Below, piece after piece: positions 29,800 to 39,447 of a stretch of 64,000 nt of DNA. The DNA lies in assembly GCA_048938385.1 (NCBI GenBank), contig JBHLMG010000001.1, positions 64,001 to 128,000 on the forward strand, given 5' to 3'. The translations under genes and the position numbers were made by a program. Origin of the DNA: Promethearchaeota archaeon (GTDB lineage Archaea; Asgardarchaeota; Hermodarchaeia; Hermodarchaeales; Hermodarchaeaceae). The notes below the pieces were generated by a model. That model saw nothing but the letters and a program-made list of their open reading frames with translations, had not been told where the DNA came from and searched no databases. Position 1 is the first letter of the stretch. Each line of letters opens with the position of its first letter.

Positions 29800-30186
29800 T
29801 TATTTCATATCAGAATTGGACAGCAGTTGTGTGAGAAGTTGGCCACCGTAAGAAAGTTTTGCTGTAGTCCGTAGTTTACTTGTTTGTTTGGTTTCCAAGA
29901 GGCCTGCATTTTTTAGAACTTGTAGGTTAAATTTTGTTGTACTAAGTGGCATACCCAATTTGCGAGCTAGGCAGTCAGCTAAAGCCGTTGGCGAGAGATG
30001 CGGGTGATGGCGGAGTGTCTGGCGGGCGGTAAAAAGTAAACAAAGTTGTTTCTGGGTTAATCGTGTTTTCGCTAATTTGGCAAAAGCCAAGGCAAGATTG
30101 AGAAGAAGCTCGCTAAAGGATAGCGTCAAACTCGGCTCATCAAAGAAGTAACCTTCGGTGGAGGATTTCGCAGCCAACCCCATCAT
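29800..30186 (-). CDS. winged-helix DNA-binding protein
   Basis: LARKLGMPLSTTKFNLQVLKNAGLL...LSYGG. Confidence 0.7.
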   Translation of the reverse strand: MMGLAAKSSTEGYFFDEPSLTLSFSELLLNLALAFAKLAKTRLTQKQLCLLFTARQTLRHHPHLSPTALADCLARKLGMPLSTTKFNLQVLKNAGLLETKQTSKLRTTAKLSYGGQLLTQLLSNSDMK

Positions 30187-30359
30187 GATTAGTTGCCATG
30201 CATGTCACCTCCATAGTTATAGCCTAAGGAGCACCTTGACAGTATCACCCCCTCGTATTAACAGTTTTGGTCAATAATAGTTGACTATGCGTTCCATAAT
30301 GGGTGAACAGTGAATCCTTTTATTCAGATTTTATCTGAGTAATCTTAGGTGAACATTCT

Positions 30360-30533
30360 TTGAAAGAAGTTGAATTCGAATATATTTGCGTCCAAGTAAA
30401 CCATCACAAAGACATCGCCAATGTTATTGCAAAGTATAACAAAGAGGGCTGGAGTCTACATACCTATACAACTGCGGGAGATCCAAACTGGATTAATCAT
30501 TATCTTCTCTTTCAACGGGAAATAATTTGGTAG
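30360..30533 (+). CDS. small protein, DUF4177-like (57 aa; absent from ORF track)
   Basis: TTG start with AGGTGA SD; MKEVEFEYICVQV...KYNKEGWSLHTY...HYLLFQREIIW matches the EY...GW...FxR pattern. Confidence 0.7.
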   Translation: MKEVEFEYICVQVNHHKDIANVIAKYNKEGWSLHTYTTAGDPNWINHYLLFQREIIW

Positions 30534-30617
30534 CTATGTTCACTCACAAACTGTCCTACTCTTCACTATCTGTTTTGTCACAAAACGTTCTTATAACGGT
30601 TAATAGGGTTATGAAGT

Positions 30618-31829
30618 TTGTCAATAGCATTGGGGACAATGAAAATGGTCTACTTAGTAGGAGAAGCCCTCGTGGGTAAGGGTGTCGAATTAGCCCACAT
30701 TGATCTTATTATTGGTGAGAAGTCAGGTCCTGTCGGTACAGCCTTTGCTCAGGGTATGACAAATGTGTCCCATGGTCATTCTCCACTCTTGGCTGTGATA
30801 CGACCCAATTTACCACCTAAACCCCATACGCTCATTATACCCAAGGTAACAGTCAAAGACATGGGTGATGCTGAGAAAATCTTTGGACCCGCTCAAGCTG
30901 CAGTAGCCAAAGCGGTGGCTGATTCTTTAGAGGAGGGGGTTATTCCGAAGGATAAGGTTGACGATTGGGTTATCATTTGCAGTGTTTTCATCCATCCGGA
31001 AGCAAAAGACTATCGCCGTATTTACCACTACAACTATGCAGCAACAAAACTCTCGATTCAACGCGCGCTCTCTAGCTATCCTCCTGTGGATAAGATCATG
31101 TACGACAAAGACCGAGCTACGCATCCTGTCATGGGCTTTCGCGTTCCAAGACTTTGGCGTCCCCCATACCTTCAAATTGCGTTGGATATTCCAAGTCTTG
31201 AAAAAACGAAGAAAATCATCGCGGCGCTCCCACAGAGTGATAACATCGTCTTAGAAGCGGGTACGCCTCTAATCAAGCGCTATGGAACGACCGTCATAGG
31301 TGACCTTCGCGAAGTTGCCCAAGACAAATTCATTGTTGCAGATCTGAAAACTTTGGATGTTGGTAAAGTTGAAGTAGATTTAGCCTTTGACGAATCCGCC
31401 GACGCTGTTGTCGTATCAGGTCTCGCATCTATAGAAACAATTGATCAATTCATCTACGAGACGAATCGACTTGGTATCTATTCGTTTGTTGATATGATGA
31501 ATGTCCCCGATCCGATCGCAAAACTTCAGACTCTAAAAATGCCTCCCAACGTGATAATCATGCATCGGGGTATTGATACAGAAGGTCGCGCAGACCACAA
31601 ATGGGAAATCGTGAAAGAAGTCAAAGCGGCGTTTAAGGGCAAAAGACTGCTCGTATCGGTAGCAGGAGGAATTCGACCAGATAATATCCAAGCTGCTTTG
31701 AAAGCAAAAGCAGACATCATAACAGTTGGTCGATACATCACCCAATCTCATGATGTAGAACGGTCTACAAGAGAATTCCTCACCCAAATGCAAGGCGATA
31801 TCGACCTCTTCCGTGTACACACCGAGTAA
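30618..31829 (+). CDS. fae-hps: bifunctional formaldehyde-activating enzyme / 3-hexulose-6-phosphate synthase
   Basis: GEALVG, AHIDLIIG, FGPAQAAVAKAV (Fae); PPYLQIALD, EAGTPLIK, DLKTLD, VAGGI (Hps); true start probably a few codons later. Confidence 0.93.
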   Translation: MSIALGTMKMVYLVGEALVGKGVELAHIDLIIGEKSGPVGTAFAQGMTNVSHGHSPLLAVIRPNLPPKPHTLIIPKVTVKDMGDAEKIFGPAQAAVAKAVADSLEEGVIPKDKVDDWVIICSVFIHPEAKDYRRIYHYNYAATKLSIQRALSSYPPVDKIMYDKDRATHPVMGFRVPRLWRPPYLQIALDIPSLEKTKKIIAALPQSDNIVLEAGTPLIKRYGTTVIGDLREVAQDKFIVADLKTLDVGKVEVDLAFDESADAVVVSGLASIETIDQFIYETNRLGIYSFVDMMNVPDPIAKLQTLKMPPNVIIMHRGIDTEGRADHKWEIVKEVKAAFKGKRLLVSVAGGIRPDNIQAALKAKADIITVGRYITQSHDVERSTREFLTQMQGDIDLFRVHTE

Positions 31830-31961
31830 GTCAATGTTTTCATACCAGAAAAGTCGCTGATATGGGCAATCCTTCCCCTAATAGAAAAGTTCAAGAGCTT
31901 TTATGAACCAAACAAAAGAGGTTACAACGAATACGCATTCTGTTGGAAGTGAATTCCGAAG

Positions 31962-32261
31962 ATGCCTTCGGGTATCAAACGCTTAGTTCTCGATGTTCTC
32001 AAGCCACATGTACCGAACCTTGTTGATATCGCAACATTGGTAGGACAACTAGACGGGGTCGTTGGAGTCAATGTCGCCCTCGTTGAAGTCGACTCGCATA
32101 CAGAGTCCATAAAAGTGACAGTTGAAGGTGAAAACCTCAACTTTGGAGAGGTAAAAGACGCCCTCGAAGCCTGTGGTGCCTCGGTTCACTCAATCGATCA
32201 GGTCGTGGCTGGTCGAACAGTAGTTGAAGAGGTTAAAACACACATGGAAAACGGGGGCTAA
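31962..32261 (+). CDS. DUF211 family protein
   Basis: IKRLVLDVLKPH, GASVHSIDQVVAG. Confidence 0.88.
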   Translation: MPSGIKRLVLDVLKPHVPNLVDIATLVGQLDGVVGVNVALVEVDSHTESIKVTVEGENLNFGEVKDALEACGASVHSIDQVVAGRTVVEEVKTHMENGG

Positions 32262-32956
32262 AGGCCCAACACCCACTTAGAATTCTCAATCAACGCTTCT
32301 ACATGAGGTGCTAAATGGTCATACAACGAATTATAGAAAACCTTGGGAAGTAACCGTAGAGTATCGAAGATTCGGTTTAACAAACCACTTAGAATAGGTT
32401 CAAGAAGTTCGCGACGATTAACAATGTAAGAAGTTAGTACGGCATCGACTGCTATTTCTTCTGCTAGGGCGTCAATCAATCGGTAGATTGGTCCCGTTCT
32501 TTCCAAGAAATAAGGAAGTCCTCGTTCGTCGTAAAGCACGATAATCCCTAATTTCTCAACGACTCGTTTAGTGTACCAATCAATGCTGGAATCTCCAGCC
32601 GCAAATCCTTTCTTAAAGAGTGTTTCGGCTGGATGTCGTTTGGTGTTTTTCGAATCCTTCTGGGAAAAGAAACTTCGGGGAACTAAATTGGGATAGGTTT
32701 TCGGATGACGGAAAGCGATGTAAAGCGCGGCTGCGTAAAGAGCTTCGGGTTCACGCCCTACCTCTTGAGCTCCTAGATGGCTTGCTAGAATACGCAGTGT
32801 GGGCAGGATCAAATCCTGTCGTACTTGTTTTTCCTTATAGATCTTGTACGCCTGTTTGAGATAGAAAGTCGGAGCCCTTTGATCCGACTGAACAGTTCTA
32901 CTCTCTCCTGCCTTCAACGACAATGTAAGTAGCTCCTCAGGCGATAATATCTTCAA
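32258..32956 (-). CDS. hypothetical protein with TFB/cyclin-box-like segment
   Basis: GREPEALYAAALYIAFR and KRVVEKLGI resemble the TFIIB cyclin repeat. Confidence 0.5.
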   Translation of the reverse strand: MKILSPEELLTLSLKAGESRTVQSDQRAPTFYLKQAYKIYKEKQVRQDLILPTLRILASHLGAQEVGREPEALYAAALYIAFRHPKTYPNLVPRSFFSQKDSKNTKRHPAETLFKKGFAAGDSSIDWYTKRVVEKLGIIVLYDERGLPYFLERTGPIYRLIDALAEEIAVDAVLTSYIVNRRELLEPILSGLLNRIFDTLRLLPKVFYNSLYDHLAPHVEALIENSKWVLGL

Positions 32957-33147
32957 ATAAGATAATTAGTCCTAAATATATGTTAGGCGTCGCTTTCTAT
33001 CTCTTTGATTGTAACCTTAACCTCTAAACCAATAGTTCTTTGATTCATTAACTCAGTTTTTTGTTTGGTTTTCCTCTATCCTTTCCAATATCTAGTTGTT
33101 TTTACTAGAAGAGAAGTCTTTGATTTTTCATTCGTCAAGCAAATGTA

Positions 33148-33525
33148 TTATGTGATGTGACCAGAATTTTCCAAAAAAAGTAAAGATTCCTCATTAAGTT
33201 CCGTTTGGATGAATTCTATCCCATTTTCAGTTAGCGCAACCTGCGCATCGTACCGATCCTGTGAATAAATGGAGACCATGCCCTGATCTTTCAAACGCTG
33301 AAGCGCCCCTACGACAATCTGGTTGAGCTCTTCTTCTGTGACATTGAGTTTTCCATCGGGTCTTTGAAACTCTGGCGTGTGCTTTAAGACATGACATAAA
33401 GAAGCCAAAGATCGACGATAGGTTTCATGTGGATTAGAATAAAGCCAAAGCAACAGAATATAATCTATGAGCTCTCCCGAAAGACGCCGGTGAAGTTGAC
33501 GCGCAAAATAATAGACTACTGGCAT
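33148..33525 (-). CDS. winged-helix protein
   Basis: ALQRLKDQGMV...LTENG wing signature. Confidence 0.6.
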   Translation of the reverse strand: MPVVYYFARQLHRRLSGELIDYILLLWLYSNPHETYRRSLASLCHVLKHTPEFQRPDGKLNVTEEELNQIVVGALQRLKDQGMVSIYSQDRYDAQVALTENGIEFIQTELNEESLLFLENSGHIT

Positions 33526-33581
33526 GATTTATTCCAGCTAATTCAAGAAGTTAGTATAAACATGTCAATTGGGTTTACGGT

Positions 33582-34331
33582 TTAATCAGATGTCCATCGG
33601 TACGAGCCCGTAGGAGTCTTGAGAATATATCCCTGCGCACTAAGTAAATTTAGTGCCTTTTCAACATCTATGCTTAATATCGACTCTTGGTCCAATTGTT
33701 CACGAAGCTGAACGAGATCTAATGGTATAGACGACTCGCGCAAAATCTGACCAATTCTCCGGGCTAGGGTAGAAAGATTTACGGGTTTTGATGCCTTTTC
33801 ACCGGTTTTAAAATCCTCTGCGACTAACTTAATTTGCCATGGTTTAGGCGCAATAAGGTGTCCTGATCGGATGAGCATTTGAATTTGCGTAACTGCCCAG
33901 CTCCAAGGAATACCCGCCTTTTCACAAGCTTCTTCAATTACATGCAAATCAACAGGTTTGCTTCGTGCTTGTTGAAAAAGAACCCGCTCTAATTCCCGAC
34001 GCCGGGATGATAATGTTAATCGTTCTGGCTTTGGCTCTTGGAGTCGTTCAATATCAACCACATTTTCAGGAATCATTGAGCGTATCTTCTCTCGTGATTT
34101 TTCAACTGCTGTAAAAAATTCCTTATGGTGTTTTCCCGTTTGATATAATTTCACACGGGTTCTTGCTGTCTCGGGATCCTCGACAAAAACAGCGTTTAAC
34201 GGATCTATCTTAAAGATTCGTTGGCAAAACACACATAGGCGCGTCTTCTGCGGGGTTGGTGCATATGTGTAACGACCACACTGTGGGCATCGAATAATGT
34301 AAAATCCTTCTCGAGGCATCGAATCCATCAC
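33582..34331 (-). CDS. Zn-ribbon (DUF1922-like) plus two winged-helix domains
   Basis: CPQCGR...KTRLCVFC; IQMLIRSGHLIAPKP and ALNLLSAQGYILKTP. Confidence 0.6.
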   Translation of the reverse strand: MMDSMPREGFYIIRCPQCGRYTYAPTPQKTRLCVFCQRIFKIDPLNAVFVEDPETARTRVKLYQTGKHHKEFFTAVEKSREKIRSMIPENVVDIERLQEPKPERLTLSSRRRELERVLFQQARSKPVDLHVIEEACEKAGIPWSWAVTQIQMLIRSGHLIAPKPWQIKLVAEDFKTGEKASKPVNLSTLARRIGQILRESSIPLDLVQLREQLDQESILSIDVEKALNLLSAQGYILKTPTGSYRWTSD

Positions 34332-34370
34332 TGCCGCAAGCCTAATTTAGCCTTTCGTGTCAATCACCCA

Positions 34371-34697
34371 ATGGGACTGTTCATGAGTTTTGGTTTAGAT
34401 CAGTATTTCAAGAAGGAAAAAACCAAAAAAACACAAGAGGAGAAACCCAAAACTGAGAAAGTCGTTAAGATATCCGAATCTGGCGACTTGGAAGAGCGTG
34501 ATTGGCCATTGATTTTAGAAGAGACCGTTAAATCGATGATTCTTTATCCGCATCTTCTCGATTACACACGCACCAACATTCTCCCCCAAAATCCATCAAT
34601 TAATCCAGAAGAACTTGCTATTCAGCTTCATACACCATTAGGAGTTGCGATCGTTCTTCTCGAACGCCTAAAGCGTGAAGCCGAAGAAACCGAATAA
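34371..34697 (+). CDS. hypothetical protein, possible C-terminal HTH
   Basis: Lys/Glu-rich N-terminus; PEELAIQLHTPLGVAIVLL. Confidence 0.55.
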   Translation: MGLFMSFGLDQYFKKEKTKKTQEEKPKTEKVVKISESGDLEERDWPLILEETVKSMILYPHLLDYTRTNILPQNPSINPEELAIQLHTPLGVAIVLLERLKREAEETE

Positions 34698-34704
34698 ACT
34701 CTAC

Positions 34705-35484
34705 TCATGTCAATGGTTGAGCAGAATTATACAAATAGAGAAAGTAAATTTTAGCGAGTTCTGCAAGCTCTGTATGCCTAGACCAAATAGCTAAGGATTC
34801 TGCGGGTTTTGTACTAAGTACGATGATGGCTTGTTTTTCATCAATGATTGCTCCACCACCGTAGATTTCTTTCCGCTTTTTGCCTTCACCAACAGCTGTA
34901 ATCAAACGCTGCACTTTATCAGTCAACATTTGTTCCGATACTAAGATTTTAAGATTCACACCCCGATCACGAAGATGGAGCAGAGTCGGGCTAATAAACT
35001 CGATATCCTCCTCCTTTATGATTCCCCAGGAAAGTAAGACGCTGCGTTCGGCCTGACCCAAGGCGACATTAAGTTTGGCGCGAACATTATTCGATCCATG
35101 GAGAATGTGAACTTCAGGGGCAGAAATTTTAGTTTTTTCATCAAATAAGGGCTGTAATCCCTCGATAACCTGTTGCTCCCATTCTGTTAGTCGTTCTTGG
35201 GCAGTTAATACTGCTGCCTTCGAAGTCTCTCGTGGACTTTTAGGAATGTAGCGTTTAGGGCGTCCTTGTTCAACAGTAATCCATCCGCCTTGTTCTAGTG
35301 CAGCTAAGACATCATAGACCCTACTAAACGGAATTCGTGAGTGAGAACTCACTTCGCTAGCTGTTAACGCACCGTTACGAACTAAAGAGATATAGACTCG
35401 AGCCTCATAGCTACTTAACCCAAGGTTCCTTAAGGCACGCATTATACCTTCATTCAAACGCTCACTCATACCAATCACACTCAC
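34705..35484 (-). CDS. TrmB-family transcriptional regulator
   Basis: LGLSSYEARVY, IPFSRVYDVL, GRPKRY. Confidence 0.9.
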   Translation of the reverse strand: MSVIGMSERLNEGIMRALRNLGLSSYEARVYISLVRNGALTASEVSSHSRIPFSRVYDVLAALEQGGWITVEQGRPKRYIPKSPRETSKAAVLTAQERLTEWEQQVIEGLQPLFDEKTKISAPEVHILHGSNNVRAKLNVALGQAERSVLLSWGIIKEEDIEFISPTLLHLRDRGVNLKILVSEQMLTDKVQRLITAVGEGKKRKEIYGGGAIIDEKQAIIVLSTKPAESLAIWSRHTELAELAKIYFLYLYNSAQPLT

Positions 35485-35524
35485 GACCCTCCAATGAGCG
35501 ACAAAACCTTTTTGGTCCCATGAA

Positions 35525-36469
35525 ATGTATGATACAAGTGAGAAAATGGATTATATCAGACAACCTGTTGCAATCGGCTTTTACCCGCCTGAAAAAACCG
35601 CGCTTGAGAAAGCACTCCAAGCTGCCTTTGCAGATGCTCATGGTGCCGGGGATATTCCTGAAGTAAGTTCTGACAGAAAAGGACAATTAGTTGCTGGCAT
35701 AGCACCGCATGCTGGTTTCATTTACTCTGGACCTATTGCCTCACATCTCTACAAAACTATTGCACAAGACGGCTTTCCTGATACCTTTATTCTCATTGGT
35801 CCTAAACACGGTGCAATGCGGTTTCAAGGTGCAGTTGTGATGACGAAGGGTGTATGGGAGACGCCACTTGGCAAATGTCCTATCGATACAATGTTAGCTC
35901 AACTTTTGCTTGAACGCGGTCAAAAAACAGGAGTTGAATGCATCTCGGAAAATACCCACGCTCATGATAATGAACACTCACTCGAAGTGCAGTTACCCTT
36001 CCTTCAATTTTTAGGCGGAGAAGATATATTCAAAATTGTACCCCTGGTAATCTCTTCACCAAAATATTCCATGTGTGAAAAAGTAGGGACAATCATCGCC
36101 GAAGCAATTCAACAAAGTAAACGCGATGTTATCCTCATTGCAAGTACAGACTTCACTCATTATGGTCAATATTTCTATGGCTATGCCCCTGTCGGAAACG
36201 GCCCAGTCGAAAAAGTCGTTCAATGGGTATATGCAACTGATGCTGATTTGATTCAAAAAATTGAGCAACTTGATGGTAAGACCCTGTTGGATACGGTTGT
36301 CAATGAACATCGGACAATGTGTGGGGCAAGTGCTGTAGCAACGACTATCGTAGCGGCTCAGAAACTTGGTGCAGTAAAGGGAAACCTCCTCAAATATGCT
36401 ACAAGCTATGATGTTCGAGGAAGCTCTGATGCCATTGTAGGCTACGCGGCTGTTGCTATCCAGCGTTAG
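35525..36469 (+). CDS. MEMO1-family protein (AmmeMemoRadiSam protein B)
   Basis: RQPVAIGFYP, PHAGFIYSG, EHSLEVQLPFLQ, ASTDFTHYG, TMCG, VGYAA. Confidence 0.93.
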   Translation: MYDTSEKMDYIRQPVAIGFYPPEKTALEKALQAAFADAHGAGDIPEVSSDRKGQLVAGIAPHAGFIYSGPIASHLYKTIAQDGFPDTFILIGPKHGAMRFQGAVVMTKGVWETPLGKCPIDTMLAQLLLERGQKTGVECISENTHAHDNEHSLEVQLPFLQFLGGEDIFKIVPLVISSPKYSMCEKVGTIIAEAIQQSKRDVILIASTDFTHYGQYFYGYAPVGNGPVEKVVQWVYATDADLIQKIEQLDGKTLLDTVVNEHRTMCGASAVATTIVAAQKLGAVKGNLLKYATSYDVRGSSDAIVGYAAVAIQR

Positions 36470-37064
36470 TAACGGTTCTTTTTGGTGCCTTGATCCCTTT
36501 TTCCAGAGCTTTAATGTTCATGGCGCGATATCTTGAGGGTAAAATCTCTTTGATCGCTGAAATCACCGATTTTTTTTCGATAGGTAAAACATGGAGTCCA
36601 ATAGCCGCCCCAATCAAAACCGTGTTCAGGGTCATAATACTCCCTGCTTCTTGAGCAGATTGCACTGCATTAATAGTGACAACCTTCGCAAACTTACTCA
36701 AATCTTCTAGAATGACCTCATCCCTCGGATATTCAGCGCGTCCAAGTAATACGGCTGTGGGGATGATTCGATTCTCTCCAACAATGATAGTACCTAAGGG
36801 GTTTACTCGGTCTACTTGGCGTAGAGCCTCAACCGGTTCACCGCTTAGAAGTACATCAGCTTGTCCGGTTGGGATAATAGGTCCATATACCTTTTCTCCA
36901 ATTCGAACCGTACAATTCACCGCCCCTCCTCGCTGGGCCATTCCATGGATTTCACCCATTCGAACCTTGTTTCCCTCAACTAGCGCGGCTGTTGCTAAAA
37001 TCCTGGCAGCTGTTAAAACGCCCGTTCCTCCAACCCCCGTAAACATAATATTGAATGCCTTCAT
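36456..37064 (-). CDS. iorB: indolepyruvate:ferredoxin oxidoreductase beta subunit
   Basis: GVGGTG, EIHGMAQRGGAV, EPVEALR. Confidence 0.93.
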   Translation of the reverse strand: MKAFNIMFTGVGGTGVLTAARILATAALVEGNKVRMGEIHGMAQRGGAVNCTVRIGEKVYGPIIPTGQADVLLSGEPVEALRQVDRVNPLGTIIVGENRIIPTAVLLGRAEYPRDEVILEDLSKFAKVVTINAVQSAQEAGSIMTLNTVLIGAAIGLHVLPIEKKSVISAIKEILPSRYRAMNIKALEKGIKAPKRTVTNAG

Positions 37065-37085
37065 CGTAATCGTCCTATCATGGGT

Positions 37086-38963
37086 TCATGAAATTTGCTT
37101 TATTGCTTTATACGGGCAGATTTGGGCACAGACACCACATCCTGAACAGAGGGCCTGATCGATGGCTGCGTGGTCTTCCTCCCATATGGCTGCAGCACAT
37201 CCTAACTTATCAGTGCATACCCTACAACCTTGGCAAACTTCGGGGTCTACTTCGTAAGGAATTATCTCCTCATTTTCTTGCCGTTTCCGTGCAAGCTCAA
37301 TAAGAGCACAGGGGCTTCTTGAAATGACCACTGCAGGTCCCTCAAAAGCGACTGCTTCACGAATAGTGCGTATTGATTCTTTGACTTTAAGGGGGTCTAT
37401 AATTTTTACAAAAGGTATACCGATTCCACGAACAATATTTTCTATGCTGACTTGTGTGCCCTTGGTGCCCATGCCTGTGATCCCAGTACCTGGGTGTGGT
37501 TGATGGCCAGTCATGGCAGTTGTTTGGTTATCAACAACGATAATTTTTACTGGATGGTTATTGTAAACGGCATTAACTAAGCCAGGGATCCCTGAGTGAA
37601 AGAAGGTAGAATCTCCAATAGCTCCTACAATGGGTTTATCCAAGACAGCTGTTAAACCACAGGCAGTACCGATACTCGAACCCATACATAACAACAAATC
37701 AGCCATTTCCAGTGGCGGTTGGATTGCTAATGTATAACAACCGATGTCTGTCGGGTAAACACCCTTTCTCGCAGTTGCGGTGGCTACCTCATAGAAGGTA
37801 GCGCGATGAGGACAACCCGCACAGAGAATTGGTGGTCGAGGGGGTGGTTCAGCAAGTTTGGTAGAGAGCTTCTTATCCACCTTTCCGAAATATTCTGGAA
37901 CCTTAAGATCCAAAGCTTTCGCTATGCCCTCAATAACAGCTCTTGGGTTCAATTCCCCAATCTCTGAGAAGCACTCTTGACTCTTACCTAGAATTGGCGT
38001 TACAATGCCTTGTTCTTGGGCAAAGGCGCGGGCATGATTTTCCAAATATGGCTTGAGCTCCTCAACGATGATGATTTTTTCTTTGGATGTAATAAATTCT
38101 TGAATGCGTTTCTTTGGAAGCGGGTAACTCATTCCGATCTTAAATACAGCTGCATTGATTTGCAATGCATCCAAGGCTTCTAGAACATAATTATAACTAA
38201 CTCCTGAAGTGATAATTCCAAGGGGCCCTTCTCCTTGAATCTTGTTCCATTTGCTTTTTTCTGAAATTGTAGTTGCTTGTTTTACTTTCTCCACTAGAAT
38301 AGGATGGCGCATGCGCGCAACAGTGGGGACGGTGACGAATCGAAATGGGTCTCGTTCAAAACGCGCCTTTTTACGGGGAGGTTTTATGGGTCCAAGTTTC
38401 ACACCTGCTCTGGTATGACTGACCCGTGTTGTAACCCGGAGGAGTACGGGCTGTTCTAGCTTTTCTGACAACTCGAAGGCTGCAATAGTCATGTCTTTAG
38501 ATTCTTGGGGGTCTGCTGGTTCTAGCATTGGTGTATCGCCGAGCATTGCATACAAACGGTTATCTTGTTCATTCTGAGAACTCCAACACCCTGGATCATC
38601 AGCAGTGACGATGACTAAACCTGCACGAACACCAATATAATTCAATGTCATGAACGCGTCGGAAGCTACATTCAATCCCACATGTTTCATTACCGCTAAC
38701 GCACGCGCATTGGCTATTGCTGCGGCACCGGCAACCTCCATTGCTACTTTCTCGTTTGTGCAGTATTCAAAATAGTATTTCCCATGCTTAACCGCCTGAA
38801 ACAAGCTATCGCCAATTTCCGATGCTGGAGTCCCTGGATATGTTGAGGCAAGTTCGAGTCCTGCTTCAATGGCTCCGCGTGCAATGGCTTCATTCCCTAG
38901 AAGCAGGTAGTGCTTCCCAGGTTCATCTCTTGTAAGAATTTTAGCAATATTCATTGGTTTCAC
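37086..38963 (-). CDS. iorA: indolepyruvate:ferredoxin oxidoreductase alpha subunit
   Basis: GNEAIARG, YPGTPASE, KHVGLNVA, SSQNEQD, CAGCPH, GDSTFFH, C-terminal 2x[4Fe-4S]. Confidence 0.95.
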   Translation of the reverse strand: MKPMNIAKILTRDEPGKHYLLLGNEAIARGAIEAGLELASTYPGTPASEIGDSLFQAVKHGKYYFEYCTNEKVAMEVAGAAAIANARALAVMKHVGLNVASDAFMTLNYIGVRAGLVIVTADDPGCWSSQNEQDNRLYAMLGDTPMLEPADPQESKDMTIAAFELSEKLEQPVLLRVTTRVSHTRAGVKLGPIKPPRKKARFERDPFRFVTVPTVARMRHPILVEKVKQATTISEKSKWNKIQGEGPLGIITSGVSYNYVLEALDALQINAAVFKIGMSYPLPKKRIQEFITSKEKIIIVEELKPYLENHARAFAQEQGIVTPILGKSQECFSEIGELNPRAVIEGIAKALDLKVPEYFGKVDKKLSTKLAEPPPRPPILCAGCPHRATFYEVATATARKGVYPTDIGCYTLAIQPPLEMADLLLCMGSSIGTACGLTAVLDKPIVGAIGDSTFFHSGIPGLVNAVYNNHPVKIIVVDNQTTAMTGHQPHPGTGITGMGTKGTQVSIENIVRGIGIPFVKIIDPLKVKESIRTIREAVAFEGPAVVISRSPCALIELARKRQENEEIIPYEVDPEVCQGCRVCTDKLGCAAAIWEEDHAAIDQALCSGCGVCAQICPYKAIKQIS

Positions 38964-39013
38964 CGTTGTGCCAAACCGTTTAAACGGAGTTACTCTACAC
39001 TATTTTACAGTTT

Positions 39014-39439
39014 GTGATTTGTACAAATTTGGTGAAGCTAGTGGACGAATGGCAAATCACCATTAAAACATCTAAGCGTGTACTTCGGGATATACTTAAC
39101 AAAACTGGATCGAAGCTAATTCGACCAAGGTTTATTAACGAACTGAAGGGAATTTCGAGGACGCATCGCGTTAATTTTCAAGTGCGTTCTCCTCAAGGTA
39201 TCAATAAGCTTTCTTCGAGCTTTTTTGTAGTCAAGCTCTTTCTTCCAGAAAACAATACAAGAACTGTAACGGGGTTATTTGAATACGCATACGGTGCGAT
39301 TCGACTCGTTGCCATTGATGATGAAGAGCTGGCTAATAGAGATGGAGATACTATTATTGCGTTCTTCGAAGAGCCCTTGCAAAAAAACACAAGCACCATC
39401 ATTCATGTCTACGAACCTTCTTCTCTTCTTCGCCCCTGA
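39014..39439 (+). CDS. hypothetical protein
   Basis: ORF filling the gap between iorA and cca. Confidence 0.55.
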   Translation: MICTNLVKLVDEWQITIKTSKRVLRDILNKTGSKLIRPRFINELKGISRTHRVNFQVRSPQGINKLSSSFFVVKLFLPENNTRTVTGLFEYAYGAIRLVAIDDEELANRDGDTIIAFFEEPLQKNTSTIIHVYEPSSLLRP

Positions 39440-39447
39440 TTGTTCCC

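Noticed and set aside
39014-39439. Possible degenerate PD-(D/E)xK nuclease fold
   Set aside because: Catalytic acidic residues are not identifiable; similarity too weak to call
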